A DNA stretch of 64,000 bases from contig NC_067403.1 of NCBI RefSeq assembly GCF_016432865.1, positions 257,362,001 to 257,426,000 on the forward strand, read 5' to 3'. This DNA is from Antechinus flavipes (taxonomy: Eukaryota). The position numbers and the translations under genes were made by a program. Below, one piece after another: positions 1 through 13,216 of this stretch (position 1 is the stretch's first letter; each line of letters begins with the position of its first letter). The notes under the pieces are model-generated. The model made no database searches, was not told the DNA's origin, and saw only the letters and a program-made list of their open reading frames with translations.

Positions 1-544
1 GAAATTGACACTGAAACTCCCCCCTCCCCACTCTCCTTCAGCTTGAAACTGAGCCTAAACTTGACCCCAGCCCCTGAGCTTAAGACTGATCCTGTCCCTA
101 AACTTGGGACAGCTCTAGCCCTCCCCCACTGTCTCTCCATCCCTGTCACCCTGAGCACCCCGGGGACCTCAAGCCCCCACACTCGTTAGCCTTCACTGTC
201 TTCTGGCAGCCCCTTTATTCTTCATGCTGGCCACCCCTTCCACCACCCCTCGCTGCATATTCTTTGGGGCCCCCAGTGTCCCCCCTTAGTCCCTGCCAGC
301 TCTGCGACCTCATCCTTTACACCTCCCGTGTCCACTTCCAACTTCTCATTACCTAGCAACCCTCACCCATTCTTTTTCACCCCATTATCTCCTTCCTTAC
401 AATCTGCTCCTTTCCCTCTAGTCCCCTCCCACGCGCTCACCTTCAACCCTCCCCCCATAAAAGCTATCTGCTCTTCATCTTTCTTTGTCTTCCTCTCCTA
501 TAACTGTGTGATTTCTCTGTAACGCTGCTCACCCTTGACTACCA

Positions 545-650
545 ATAATAAGCATTTATTAAGCGCCTACTTTGTGTTAAGCCCTGTGATACTAAGACAA
601 CAAACTAAAGCCGGTTCTTGCCCTCAAGGAGTTTACCTTCTGGGGAGGAG
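545..650 (-). mobile_element. L2 LINE 3' end fragment
   Basis: aagcatttattaagcgcctact..tgccctcaaggagttta matches the reverse L2 tail pattern. Similar tails at ~10255, 13550, 24795, 28095, 28505, 29440, 35585, 36370, 49400. Confidence 0.7.
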
Positions 651-1039
651 GATGGTTTCCTATGTCCTGGCTGGGAATCTGGGCCCCCTCTCCTTCCCAG
701 GATTCTCCTGCCTGTCAGTCATCCCGCTCACGTTCATTGGCTCGGACCTTCCCTAATCCCTGCCTCTCCCTGCCCCAGCAGCCTCCTGGCCTGTCCCTGT
801 GTCGGGGCTGAGGTTCCTGGGGAGGACAGTGTCCTCCCGGGCGACTTTCCCCCCTTGGAGGTGGAGTTAAGGAGTGTCTGTGTCTGTTGCCCCCTAGTCA
901 GGGAGGGAGAACCTGTGGGGATTTGGGGGGTGAGGTCTCCTCCAATGCAGGCGGCCCCGTGTAAGCAGCCTTGTTGCCCCCCACGGCCCCCGGCTGCAGT
1001 TGGGGGCCTGCAGGGAGGGGACAAGTGCGTTAGTGTAGC

Positions 1040-1960
1040 CCCAGGTGCCAGCTGTTTGTTACACTCGGGAGAAACACCCGCCGCTGACGTCAGGCCTTCC
1101 CGGCCACCTCTGGCCTTCCCTGGAGGTACCTGGGAGGGCCGGAGGCCGCCTTGTGTACAGTAGCCATCTATCACCTGCTAATTGCGCGGAGCAGCTGGGG
1201 GGCGGCCGGCAGCCGGGGAGCCGGGAGACGGCCCGGCCCTGCGTGCTCTCCGTCGGGGACGCCCATCCCGGCTGATGGGGCGAAGGCCCCGCGGGGCTCC
1301 CCGAGGAGGGACGGCCGGAGCGCACATGGTGTGCTCGGGGCAGGGTTCTGAGCATGAGCTCACCCTGGGTGTGACTGTTTGGCCCGGGCCCTGGAGCAGC
1401 CAGGCTGGGTCAGGGTGAGCCGTGGGGGCCGGGTCAGGGTGAGGGCCGTGGGGGCCGGGTCAGGGTGAGGGCCGTGGGGGCCGGGCCGGCCTGCGCCCTC
1501 GCTGCTCTGAGGGCACCTCCCGGCCCCGCTTTCGCACTGACCGAGCGGGGGGACGGGAGAGGGGAGTTTGCCCGCTGCTGCTAAAGGCCTCCCTTGGGGG
1601 CCCTTGCTTTTCTGACTCTGCGATCAGATTTCTCAAAACAGGAACTAGGGCTTACTGTGAGCACGGGGCTGCCCAGGGAGCAAGGACAAGATGGGGCCCG
1701 ATAAGTTCAGAAGTTGCCAGGCAGGGGAAGGAGGAAGCTGGGGAGCCGTGGGCGCCTCGAGGTGGGGCGCTCGAGTGCACTCGGCTGCCCGAGCCCAGCT
1801 CGCCGCCCCGGACGGGCCGAGCCTGGTCACCTGCGTGGCCTTGCCCTCGCCGCGTCTCGGGCTCCTCCTCCGTCGGACGAGCGGCGGGGGCTCCATGCTC
1901 TCTCGGGGCCTGTCCGGTTTTCGAGCCGTGTTCCTGCTCTCTCCGTGGGTGGGAAGTGAT
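1040..1960. promoter_or_regulatory. CpG-rich island in GRK2 intron 1 with a full CRE (TGACGTCA, 1085-1092)
   Basis: Dense CpGs by eye; palindromic CRE read directly. Confidence 0.45.
1407..1485. repeat. ~26-nt G-rich tandem repeat x3 (gggtcagggtgagggccgtgggggcc)
   Basis: Read directly; G-quadruplex-capable. Confidence 0.9.
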
Positions 1961-2282
1961 CCCCGAGAGCCGGGGCAGGGATGCAGACCATCCCCCAAGG
2001 AGGAGTTTTCCTCATCTGTACAGGCAGAGTCTGGCCTCGAGGCCTTCTGTGTCTGGGACGCTGGGACGAGAAGAGCAGCTTCGGGATATTTGGGCCTCTC
2101 GCCTCAGATCCTCCTAAAACAAGCCCAGGAGAGAGCCAGGGCAGCACTTCCAGAAAGGCTCGTCCATCGTCTTGTGCCTGTTTTACAGGTGGGAAAAACT
2201 GAGGCTCGGGGGAGGGAGAGGCCTCGGGAAGGAGATCTGACTTGATCCACTCCCTCTGTCGTCTCTCCTGTGTGTAGCTGCT

Positions 2283-2461
2283 GTTCTGGAACCCAGCACC
2301 CAGTTCTAGAACCCAGACACCCAGCTCTAGAACCCAGTGCCCAGTTCTGGAACCCAGACACCCACCTCTGGAACTCAGGTGCCCAGTTCTGGACCCCAGA
2401 CACCCATCTCTAGAACCCAATGCCCAGTTGTGGAACCCAGACATCCAGCTCTGGAACCCAG
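2283..2461. repeat. 20/21-nt tandem repeat x~9 (gttctggaacccagacaccca)
   Basis: Read directly. Confidence 0.9.
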
Positions 2462-5400
2462 GCCTCCCCCGGTTTCCTTGTCCACGTCGGTTGGGACATG
2501 TCCGCGCCATTGGCCATCACGGGCAGAAGGGCCTTCCGGGCCTGCCTTGCTCTTGGCCGCTTCCCGGTCTCTCCTCCCGTGCGCTCCTCCTTGCGGCTGT
2601 TCCGTCTTTCCTGTTCCTGTCCCCGCGCCGCTTGTCCTCCCAGCTCTTCTCCTCGTCCCAGACTTCCTGCCCGCTCCCGCTTCTCCCTCACCTCAGGCTC
2701 CTTCAGTGCAGCTGTTTCCAGTCATTGTCCCTTCCCTGTCTGAGCCTCTCTGGAATATTGGCCTTCCCACTGGGGCGCCGGGAGGGTCCCCGGGGAGTCG
2801 TCCTTGCCGGTGGTCGGGGCTCGGCCGCCCTGAGTCCGAGGGAGGCGGCCTGGAGGCTCCCCCGCTTTAGGGGCCTGGGGACGTATGGCAGACCCCGGGC
2901 TTCTCGGCCTGGCTGAAATCCTAGTCCTTCTCTCCCCAAACTCTGCTAGGCCCCGGGGCATGGGCTAGCCTTGGAACTGCCGCCCCGGGAGGACTGGCAC
3001 CTTAGAGCTACCTGGGCACGGAGAGGCTGAGCTGCTTGCCCGGCCCCGGCCAGCATGTGTCCTGGGGAGGCCCCGCACGGGACTGTGGGCACCAAGGCCG
3101 TCGCCCTGCCTGTCCTCACGGCACCCCAGATAGGGACGGGCTCTTTCGGTGGGAGGCACGGGCAGCGCCCTTCGGAGATGGTCTGGAGCAGGCTCGGCCG
3201 CTGGTGCTGCCCTTCGGGCCGCACTCCCCCCACTGGCATCTCCACAGCGCCTCCGGCCTCTGAGCTTTCAGCGCTCCTCGGGTCTCGGGTCACGGCCCAC
3301 TGTCTCCTTGGCACTTTTCCAGAAATTTGAGTCCAGGGGCATCAACCCGACTTCTCTGCTTGCCAGGCTTCCACCTTGTCTTGTGCCTTCCCTTTCCCCG
3401 CTCCCCCAGGCCTTTGTGCGGGCCGTGCTCCCCAGGGAGCTCTCCCTGACCTCCTGCGGGGCCTTGGTCCTGTAGCCATTGGTGCCTGGTCCTCCTGCCC
3501 CTGCCCCTGTGTCCGCCTGTGTTCGTGACCTTGTGCCGTCCGGTGCTCCCCGGGGGCAGGAACTCTTGGCTTTGTAGCCGCCATGTTTGGCAGGTAGCAA
3601 GCACTTAATAAAAGCTGCTGATGGTTGGAGGAGTTCAGGGACCTTAGAGGTAGAAGTGGAGAGAGAGGCTCAGGGAGTGCTGGGAGAGATGTGACCGGAG
3701 GGCCCTGGGAAGGCTCCGAGGCCTCGGGGCCTGCCTGTTATATAGTACTAGGGAGCCCCTGGCGTTTATAGAGGGATGTAGGTCAGAAGGGCTTCTGCGG
3801 AAAGGTCCGAGGCCTCGGGGGCCGGCCCGTTAGGAAGGGGGTTTGATGTAGGAGTACTAGGGAGCCCCTGGCATTTATAGAGGGACGTAGGTGACGCAGT
3901 CAGAAGGGCTCCGACTCTGACCCAGCCCCCCCGCAGGGTTTCCTTCGGTCTGTAGGATCGGGGAATCGCCTGGGAGGAGCCGGAGGTTTCCCAGGAGCAG
4001 TGGGAGCAGCTGGCACATCGTCCGAGGTTTGCTTTCAAGGGGCAGGAATTGCAGAATAGAGGAGGGGAGGGAGGGAGGGAGGGAAAGAAAGGAGAGAGGG
4101 GACTTAGAGAGGACAGGAGAGGAGCCGGCAGGGCAGAGCAGCGGCTGCTCCCGTGTGACAAGCCGGGCTCCAGGGGCCAGAAGGCGGGGTGTCGGGCAGA
4201 GGAGCGAGCCCTGGACCACGTGGTGCCGTTACTGTCTTTGTGCAGGGGGCTTGGTTTCCACCTCCTACAGGAAGGAGTTGGAGGGGAGCCCTTCCAGTCT
4301 CCCCGGTCTGTGTGGAGGTCGGGGTGGGTGGCTTGTGGCAGCGCCTCTGAGCGCCCTCCTTTCGGGGTTTCTGTTTCGTGTCTTTAAGGGAAGGCCGTGG
4401 CGACCACGTGGAGCCGTGCTCTCTGAGGTCCCTTTTCCAGCTGGCTCTCCTGGCCCGACCCGGACGAGGCGGGGGGAGTGGCCACCTTGGGCCTCCCGGC
4501 TCTCGGCCCCCCTGGGCCAGGGCACCCCGCGGCCCTCTCTGGTCGGCCAGGCCGGGAGACGGTTCTGGAGACCTGGCTCCGGGGAGAGTGGGCGAGGCTC
4601 TTGGAGCCTCCAGGCTTTAGGGGGTCGGGGGCACCAGGCCTGCCTTCCCGAGCCAGGAGAGATCTGCCTCCTTCACTGTCAGACAGATTGCGTTACATGT
4701 GGTTGTTCATCTATTTTCAGCCCAGGAGGCCCTAAAAATGAGACAAATGGGGTGCGATGTCGCACAGTCCACCGGCGGCAGCTTTTACCCGTGGGCATCG
4801 TTTGCATTTTAGCCCCAGACCCTAGGAGCCCACCCGGGAGGGGGGGGAGGCGCTGTGATCGGCGCCACGGGCCCAGCTTGTCCTTGTGGGGCTTCCAGTC
4901 GCGCCTCCATCCCACCTCTGCTCTTGCTCCCAGATGCTGGTGCCGCCCCTCGCGTGAGAACACGTTTGGGCACAGGGCGGTTGGCGCTTTTTCTCTGACG
5001 GATGGGCGGGTCTCCCACAAGCGAGGGCTTCTCTCAGGTCTGCAGAAATGAGTGAGCTGACCGTCTGGAGGAGGCCCTTTCAACCTTCTCTTCCCCTCTG
5101 GCTGGGACCATTTTGTCAAATTTGTAGCCCAAAGGTCTTGCTTTATAGAGGAGGAAACGGGGGCCCAGGAGGGCGTGCTGGGGGCGGCAGGATGGGATTG
5201 GGATCCAGGTCCGCTGCATGTTAGAGCCTCAAGTTTGCTCGTCTGGAAAAAGCCAGACTTGGGACCTCCAGGGCATCTCCTTGCTCCAGATCCCAGGATC
5301 TCCAGAATAGAAGTTCCCAGCCTTCAGGGGCTGCTTGTGGGGTCCGAGAGGTGCCTGGGGGCATCCTGGAGCAGGGGACAGGGACCCCAGATGAGGCCTT

Positions 5401-5899
5401 CTGCAGGTGCCATTTTCCCTCAGCTTCCTTCCCAGCCCACGGAGGCCGCTTGGGGATTCTGGCAGGGCCGCCTCAGTGCCTTGGAGCAGCACCTTCGGCC
5501 CCAGGGGGAGTCATTGAGAAATATTAATAAGAGGCCCCAGAAGATGATGTGCTGCTGAGGAAGCGGTGGCCCCCCTCCCAGGAGCTCCCCGCCTCCCACA
5601 AAGGAGCGCTTCCCAGAAGAGTCCTTGCATAAAGGCAGCAACCATTAAGCTCCCTCCAGCTCTCCAAGCAGAGTCCCTTGAGGAAGAGAGTCAGGCCAGT
5701 TGGTAGGAGCCCGGCCTGCGGAGCTGTCGGGAGCTGGCTGCCACCCAGCCCAGCGGGCACCGGCTCCCTGCGGGACCAGAGCGACAGCCTGGGGAAGAGA
5801 GTAGCAAATCACAAAATTGGATCCTTGGACCCCAAACCGAGCCGTCTGATCCTCGTAGGCCGAGGCAGGATGAGATGGCCAGAAGCAATTGAGGTTCTC

Positions 5900-6902
5900 C
5901 TTAAGAATTCAGGTTCATTTTCATTTCCAAATTCTGTCCCTCCTCCCCCACTCATTGAGAAAGCAAGGAAAAAGCCATCACAAGAACGTGTAATGGGGTA
6001 AAACAAATTCTCACATTGGCCACGTCCAAAAAAGGAAGAGAAGAAAGTGCGCTCCGGGCTGCCCCCGAAGTCGGTCCGGCCTCCCATCTGGAGGTGGACT
6101 CTGTTCCCTCGTGAGCCCTTTGGGGTTGTGCTTGGGCACTGTGTGGGTCTGAGTTGGTCTTTCAGACTTGATTATCTTTACAAAATTGTCATCCTGTGGA
6201 AATCGTTCTCCTGGTTCTGGTCACTTCACTTTGCATCAGTTGATGTCTTTCCAAGTCTTTCTGAACCCATCCTCCTCTTCCTTTCTAGTTGCATAATAGT
6301 GTTCCATCACAGTCACATACCCCTGTTTGGTGAGCATTGCCTCAGTTTCCATTCTTTTGCCACCATAAAAACTGCTCTAAAACTTGTTGTACATATGGAT
6401 TTGTTTTCCTTTTTCTTTTTGGAATATGGATCCAGTGGTGGTATGGCTAGATCAGAGGGTATACCCAGTTAAACGGCGTTTAGGGGCAGAGTTCAAAATA
6501 TCTTTCCAGAAGGAGCGGCCTAGTTCCCGGCTCCCACGGTATTAAAGTCCTGCGCCTCTCACATCTGTCATTGTCGTCTCAGGCAATCGGATGGGTATGA
6601 AGTGTGTGTGATACCTCAGAGTGGTTGTAATTTGCATTTCTGTATTAGGGATTTAAAAGCAGTCTTGTCAAACTCAAACAGAATCAGATCCCTGCTGTTG
6701 TCTTAGAAAACCACAAATTCACATTATCTATGTATTATATTTTTATTAATTTTGTTAAACATTTCCCACTTACAGTCTAACCTGGTTCCTGCCTCAAGAG
6801 CTGGTTTCTAACCTCAAGAGCTTTGCTTAGTCTTCCGTTGGGCAGCAGGTTTGACACCTCTGATGTAGAGCATCTTAGAAAAAAATGACATACATGCGCA
6901 CA

Positions 6903-6937
<35 letters not shown>

Positions 6938-8490
6938 CCACACCATTGAGTGTTTGGCTTTCTTCTTCTCAAAAGTCTCTCTTCATATCCTTGGACTATT
7001 TGTCAATTAGGGAGTGACTCTTTTTCTTATCAATTTGACTCAGTTCCTTTTATATCTTAGAAATAAGGCCTTTTTCGGAGAAACTTGCTGCAGAATTCCC
7101 CTTGCCCCAGTTTCCTGCTTTTCTTCTAAGTTTATCTGCATTCGTTTTCTTTGTTCAAAAACTTTTCAATTTTATGTCATCAGAAGGATCCCTTTTACCT
7201 CCTTTGAACCTCTTTGGTCTTGAGCTCTTTCTTCCCTCTCCATAGTTCTGACAGGCGGCAACTTCCATGCTTTTGTAATATCATCATAATTTGTAATATC
7301 ACAAATTGTGTACCCATTTGGATTATCTTGATATGGATGGTGGGAGATGATGATCTTTCCCGAGTTTCTTCCAGATTTCTGCCCGGTTTTCAATAGTTTT
7401 CATCAAATAGTTTTTGCGTCAATAGCTGGGATCTTTGAGTTTATCCAAAACTAGGCTACGGGGTTATTTATTTCTGGGGCACTTCACCTGATCCATTGGT
7501 CAACTTCTACATTTCTCCCCAGGACTAGATTGTTTTGAGGATTATCAGATGGTAGTATAGTTTGAGAGCTGGTGATATGAGGCTCCTTCCCTTCCCATTT
7601 AACAAAAATTTAGCTTGCTTATTCTTTTCCATTTATTGCTCCAGTTGAATTTATGACTTTTTTTTCTAGCTCTGTAAAATAATTGAGCAATGATTACTTC
7701 TCCAGTTATTTTGAAAATCTGTCTTTATGAGGAGTACTTTGTAATAATTCTAGGGTGCTCTACCTGATCCATTGGTCTATTTCTATGTTTCTACCCAGGA
7801 CTAGATTGCTTTGAGGACTCTCAGATGGTAGTATAGTTTGAGAGCTGGTGATGTGTGTGAGGCTCCTTTCCTTCCCAATTAAAAAAAAATTAACTTGCTT
7901 ATTCTTTTCCATTTATTGCTCCTAGCTCTGTAAAATAATCCTTTGGTAATTTGATTGCTGTGTTACTGAATAAGGAAAATTAATTTATGTAGTAGTTACT
8001 TTTATTACGTTGCCTTGGCCTACCCATGAGCAACGATGACTTCTCCAGTTATTTTGGATCTGTCTTTACGAGGAGCGCTTTGTAATTGTGTTCCTATTGT
8101 TCCAGTGTGGATCTGAGTAGACAGGCCCCCAAGTCTTTTATGTTGTCTGCAGCTTTTCGAAATAAAATTTCTTTTTCTATTTCTTCCTGCTGGGTTTTGT
8201 TAGTAATCTGCGAAAATGCTGATGATTGATGATCCTGCAGCTTTGCCAAAATTGCTGATTGTTTCAGTCATTTTTCAGTCGAGACTCAGGGTTCTCTAAA
8301 GGAACCGTCCTATAATCTGCAACAAGTCATGGTTTGTTTTTTCCTCTTTGCTCATTCTGGTTCCCTCTGTTCTTCCCCCCCCTTCTCCCCTTATTGCTTC
8401 AGATCGAGTTTCAAGGACAAATATGAATAGTAATGGGGATAATCCTTGCTTCCCTCCCCCCCCATCCTATTGGGGCTCCCCTTCTCAGAC
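5900..8490 (-). mobile_element. Old, fragmented L1 remnants (3' UTR and ORF2-derived) in GRK2 intron 1
   Basis: AT-rich island with antisense-L1 wording (gcatttctctaat-like, ttttccatttatt, gttttcctctttg); interrupted by (CA)n; contains an internal duplication. Confidence 0.65.
6899..6937. repeat. (CA)n microsatellite
   Basis: Read directly. Confidence 0.95.
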
Positions 8491-10559
8491 CCCGAAACCC
8501 CAAGCCCTATATGGCCACCTGCTTCTGCAATAGAAAGGCCTCTTTTCCTCTGTGAGACAGGGGACAGGAAGCACTCGTCCTTCCTCTCCCTTCCCCCCCT
8601 TCAACCCACAATGGTTCCCCACCCCCTCCTCCCCTGTCACTGCAACCACAGGCCTGGCTGGGGAGGGAGGAAGTCGTCTTTTCCCACATAGGGCAGTGTT
8701 CTCTCTGCGTGCCCTCCAGCCCTGTGGGCAGGCCGACCCCACCGGCATCCTTAGAGCTGGGAGGGACCTTGGGGAGGGTCAGCGTTCCATGCTTTGGGGG
8801 GGGGGGGGATCCTGAGCCTGCCACCATCCTGCGTGGCTGGGGGGTGCTCTGCATGAATGTGAGGGGCCTGAGGAGGAGGAGGCAGTCACAGGCTCCTCAC
8901 CCACTGAGGGCCCACATTCTGGCCTCTGGAGTGGAGACCTGTGAGAAGGCCGGGCCCCGCTGAGTCTGGGAAGTAGCCGGCCTGAGGGAAGTGGAACATC
9001 CGGGAACAGGCCAGAGACTGCCCTGCCTTGGCAATCCGCAGGACTCTGAACCGCGGCTGATTCGCACTCAGGCCTTGGCAGGATGGGTCTGTGGGAGCCA
9101 AATTCCCCAACTTGCCTTTGGCTGGGAGGGGCAGCCCTGCCCCGGTCCCACCTTGGGGGGAGGACCCTTGGGGCCCATGGGAGTCCTGACCAGGTTAGGG
9201 TTTTCCCAGGGCCTCCAAGGGCGCCAACGGACTTGAGGGTTAGACCATGTGCTTTCTGGGAACTTGGGACCAACGGCCTTGTTTCACGAAGCCTCCCCCA
9301 CCCGCCATTTGGGGTTTTTTCTTAAATATGAGTAACGATGTTTGACATTAGTTTTTTTAAATTTTCAGTTCCAAATTCTCTCCCTCCTCCCCTCCCCCAC
9401 CCAGAAGGCAGGCCGTTTGATAGATTCTACGTATGCAGTCACACTAAGCGTTTCCACCCCCCGTGGCTGAGTTCGATGGCCTCATACCCTAGAAGGATGT
9501 GGCGAAACACGGGGAAGTGTGTGCAGCCGGGGGGGCACGTAGGGAGGGCGCTCGGGGCCCAGGAGCCCCGCTGGAGAAGGACCAGCTCTAAGCCTACACC
9601 CCCTCCTCCCCCCCCCCCCCCGGATTTAGTAAGGCTTGCTGTGCTCCAGGTGGTTCTGGGAGTGCCAGGCGCCCCTGCCCGCAGAGAGCTTCCCAGATGG
9701 TTGGCGAGTGGGGGAGGGCAACGGGAAGGGCTTCACCGGGTGAGCCTGGAAGGCAGCGCGGCGTCCCCAGAGGCCGAGGGAAGCGTGGCATCCGCCCTGT
9801 GCTGGGGAGGCGGCACCTGAGGAAGGGGTGCCTGCAAGGGGATGGGCAGGATGGCACGGGCCTGGCGGGGGACCTTCCCCCTTGGAGCTGGAGGGCTCAG
9901 AGGATGGGGGAGCTAGGAAAGCCTGGAAGAGCCCAGTGGGCTATCAGTGCTCGGGGGCTGCAGCTCGGGACGGGTCTAGATGCACGGGTCGTGACATCCC
10001 CAAGTAAGGGCATAGAGAGGGCAAGGTGGAAGGCTCAAGACAGAGCCTCGAGGGGGGCACCCACAGGCAGGTCAGTCGGAGAGGTGGGAGGAGACCCAGC
10101 TGTGTCATAAATTCGTGCTTTTTGGCAAAGCGGAGAGAGGGAACGTCAGGGCAGGGCGCACGTAGGCCAGTGGGGCCTTCCCTCCCACAGCCGGGCCCAC
10201 AGCTCTTGTCCTTTTCAAGTCTGGAAGCAAAATTGAGCCCTCCCCATTCGGCCAAGTTTTATTAAGTCCCTGCTTCCGTCCCTGAAAGCTCTGCTGGGGC
10301 AAAGGCATGAAAGGCCCCAAGATCCTCCCTTCAGGCAGCTTATAGTCTAGTTAGGGTAAGAGAAGGAATACGCGTGAGTCAGTGTGTACGTGTAGACTGA
10401 GATCAGGGACAAAATGTCCTAAGAAATCCGAGGGGAAGAGGTCGCATCCAGCCGGAGGGCTCAAGGAAGGCTTCCAGGCCGAGGTGGAGCAGAGAGGAGG
10501 TCCAAGTGGAAGCCTCGAACTCGGATCAGGAATCAGCAGAAAGAGGGTTTGTGACAGGA

Positions 10560-11860
10560 GAGTGACATCATTCCGAAGTTTATTGAAAAAAGAAAAAAAA
10601 CAAAAAGCTGGGTTTTGAATGACCTCAAGTGATTGGAGATCAATTGTGCCGATCTAGGAAGGACTGGATCTTCTAGGGCAGAATTTACTAGGAATCAATA
10701 GCAAGTTCTCCATTTGGATTTAAGAAATCAATGGCCCAAATGCCGTGGCCCTCACACGGCTCGTCAAAGGATCTGAGGTTTCTCCAGACCAGCGGCCCCT
10801 CAGGGTGGACTCCAGGTGTCCAGAGTCAGCGAACATGGTCAGTGGCCACTGTGCCGAGGGACCGCGCGCCTCGCGGAGCGCTCAGTCTGATGGAGGAAGC
10901 TGGAAAGGGGCCTTTCGATGAGCAGGGGCCACTATAATGACCTGCGGCCGAGGCAGGAAGTGACCCGAGGACGGGGTCGCTGAACTGGTTCGTCCTTACA
11001 TGGTCCATCCCGGAGGCGATGAAGGGCATGGATCAGACATAAGGTCAGAGCCCCCGGACACAGCCTTAGACCATGGCGGACGAGGGGGCCGAGTACTAGG
11101 TGCTTGTTTCGGGAAGCCCAGATGGATCCAGAGAAGGGCAGCCAAGACACTGAGGGGCCTGGAGGCCCGGACACAGGATTAGTTTGAGCTGCACGTGAGA
11201 AGAGCAGGGGCTGTGAGCCCAGAAAAGGCGCAGAGTGGGTCAGATTGGAGCTACGTGGAGGAAGCAGCTTTGTGTGCCCAGAGCTGTCCAGAAGTCTCGT
11301 GGCCAGTGGGGGTCTCCGTGACCACGTATGTTGTAGAGTCCTGTTCACATGCGGCTGTTGAGGGTCTGTTACACTGAAAGCCTTGGAGCAGGAAGGGGGG
11401 ATGGGATGAGGTCTGTACCAGACCAGACAGCAGTCTGGGCGACGGGCAGTGAGGGCCCGGCCGAGGGGCGGCAAGGGCACCGAGGTGTTGCCGGTGAGTT
11501 GGCAGCCGATTGTGCGGGTGAGGAAGGGGCAGAATCAGGAGGGACTGGAAGGGGGACGATGCCGGCAGTGGAATGGGCGAGGTCACCGCAGGGGAGAATC
11601 CAGTGTGGGAAGCAGAGAGGAATGTGCCGGGAGGGATGGGCACCCGAGCACCGTGAGGAGCACGGCTCTGCCGCTGAGTGTCCGGCAAGCGAAGGGAGGC
11701 CAGCTTGGGGATCTTGGGGCGAAGAGGGGGTAGGCTTTCAGCGCGCATTGATGAAGCGCGCTCTCACTGAGGATACAGACACAAGTGAAACGGTTCCTGC
11801 CCTTGACGGGGGGACAGGCTAATATACAGATGTACAAGGGAAACAACACAAGACAGTTTG
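10560..11860 (-). mobile_element. Degenerate L2-like remnants
   Basis: Purine-rich antisense L2-type wording and tail (ttcctgcccttgac..aatatacagatgtac); boundaries uncertain. Confidence 0.4.
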
Positions 11861-13063
11861 GGCCTCGTCTCCATAGTGATGCTCGAAAGAAATCTGGAGG
11901 AAAATCAGGGCTGCCCAGAGGCCGAGGTGAGAAGGGATGGGCAGTGAAAGGACTGGAGATGAAGTGGCGAGTGGGTGGACCAAGAACGCCGGCCCACAGC
12001 TCAGCGAGTGCAGAGAGTGAAGGCTACAAGGCTGAGTGGGAGGGTGGAGATGGCGTGTATCCATGGAGGCCCCCAGGCTCCCCACCCAGTGCGCCACCCT
12101 GCGGCTTGACCCACTGCCTGCCCTCCTCAGTAGCTTCCTAGTTACTCTTCCCACCTGGATCCTCACTCCTTTCTGAGCCATCCATACAGTCAGAATGTTA
12201 TTTTTTAAAACAACTTTTATGATTTAACCTTTTCTCTGTTTCCCATGATCCCTCCTTTCCCCCAGAGAACGCTGCCTGGGTACAAGGCACTGGGAGAGAT
12301 GTTCTTGTCTTCGAGGTACTCAGTCTGGTAGGATATGGGAGATCCTTAGAAGGCCCCTAGAAGGCACAGGGCTGGAATTCTGGGCCAGGCCACTCCCAGG
12401 AGCCTTGGGATGGTTAGGGGGGAAGAAACTTAGACTGGAGCGGAGAGTCGGGCTGCCCAGACGGCGAGGGCTTTCGCCAGGCGACGCAGGCTCTCGCTGG
12501 GGCTCCTTGGGGGGTTTCTAGGCCAGGGATTCCAGCTCTGAGGCCCCCCCTTCCCAGCTCAGACACTGTGGGGTTTGGTTGGGGGGAGGCCCTCAAAGCT
12601 GCTCCTGAGCCTGCCAGTGCGGCCACCCACCATCAGTCCTCCCCGATGGCTTCCCCCTCTTCTGTTCCTTTTCCTTCCCTCTAGCCCCGTCCTCCTCCTC
12701 CATCTCATGGCTCACCAGCTGTAGGGATTGGATCCTCAGCCATCTTGTTCTTCCCTGATCCGATTCAGTGGTTTCCTGCTGTCCAGGCCCCCCACGAGGG
12801 CTCCATCCACTCTCCCGGTCCCCCAAAGTTCTCTGTCTGGGCGCCACTTCTGGCCATTACCGATGCACAGCCCAGGGGTTTGGATTTGGGCCTCCCCTCG
12901 CTCCCCGAGGATTGCTTGTCTGGGGCGGGCACTCCTATAGACCCACTGAGTCGGGTCTGGGCTGTGTGCCTCCAGCTCCCTGCTCCAGGACGTCCTCGAC
13001 AGGTGTCCCGGCAGCCCCTTGTCTGTGGCTTCCCCTTCCAGACTCAGCTCCAGTCTGTTTCTT

Positions 13064-13216
13064 ATATTTATTTTTTATCTCCTGAGGCAATTGGGGTGAA
13101 GTGACTTGCCCAGGGTCACACAAGCAGGAGGCATTAATTGTCTGAGGCCAGATTTGAACACAGGTGGTCCTGACTTCAGGGCTGGTGCTCTATCCTCTGC
13201 GCCACCTAGCTGTCCC
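13064..13216 (-). mobile_element. WSINE1-like marsupial tRNA-derived SINE
   Basis: Reverse complement gives gggacagctaggtggcgcagaggatagagcaccagccctgaagtcaggaccacctgtgttcaaatctggcctcagac..ccccaattgcctca plus A-rich tail. Confidence 0.85.

Noticed and set aside
11073-11099. ccATGGCGGAC resembling the GRK2 start (MAD..)
   Set aside because: Reads MADEGAEY* and does not continue as MADLEAVLADVSYLMAM. True exon 1 was not found in 1-14005 and must lie upstream.
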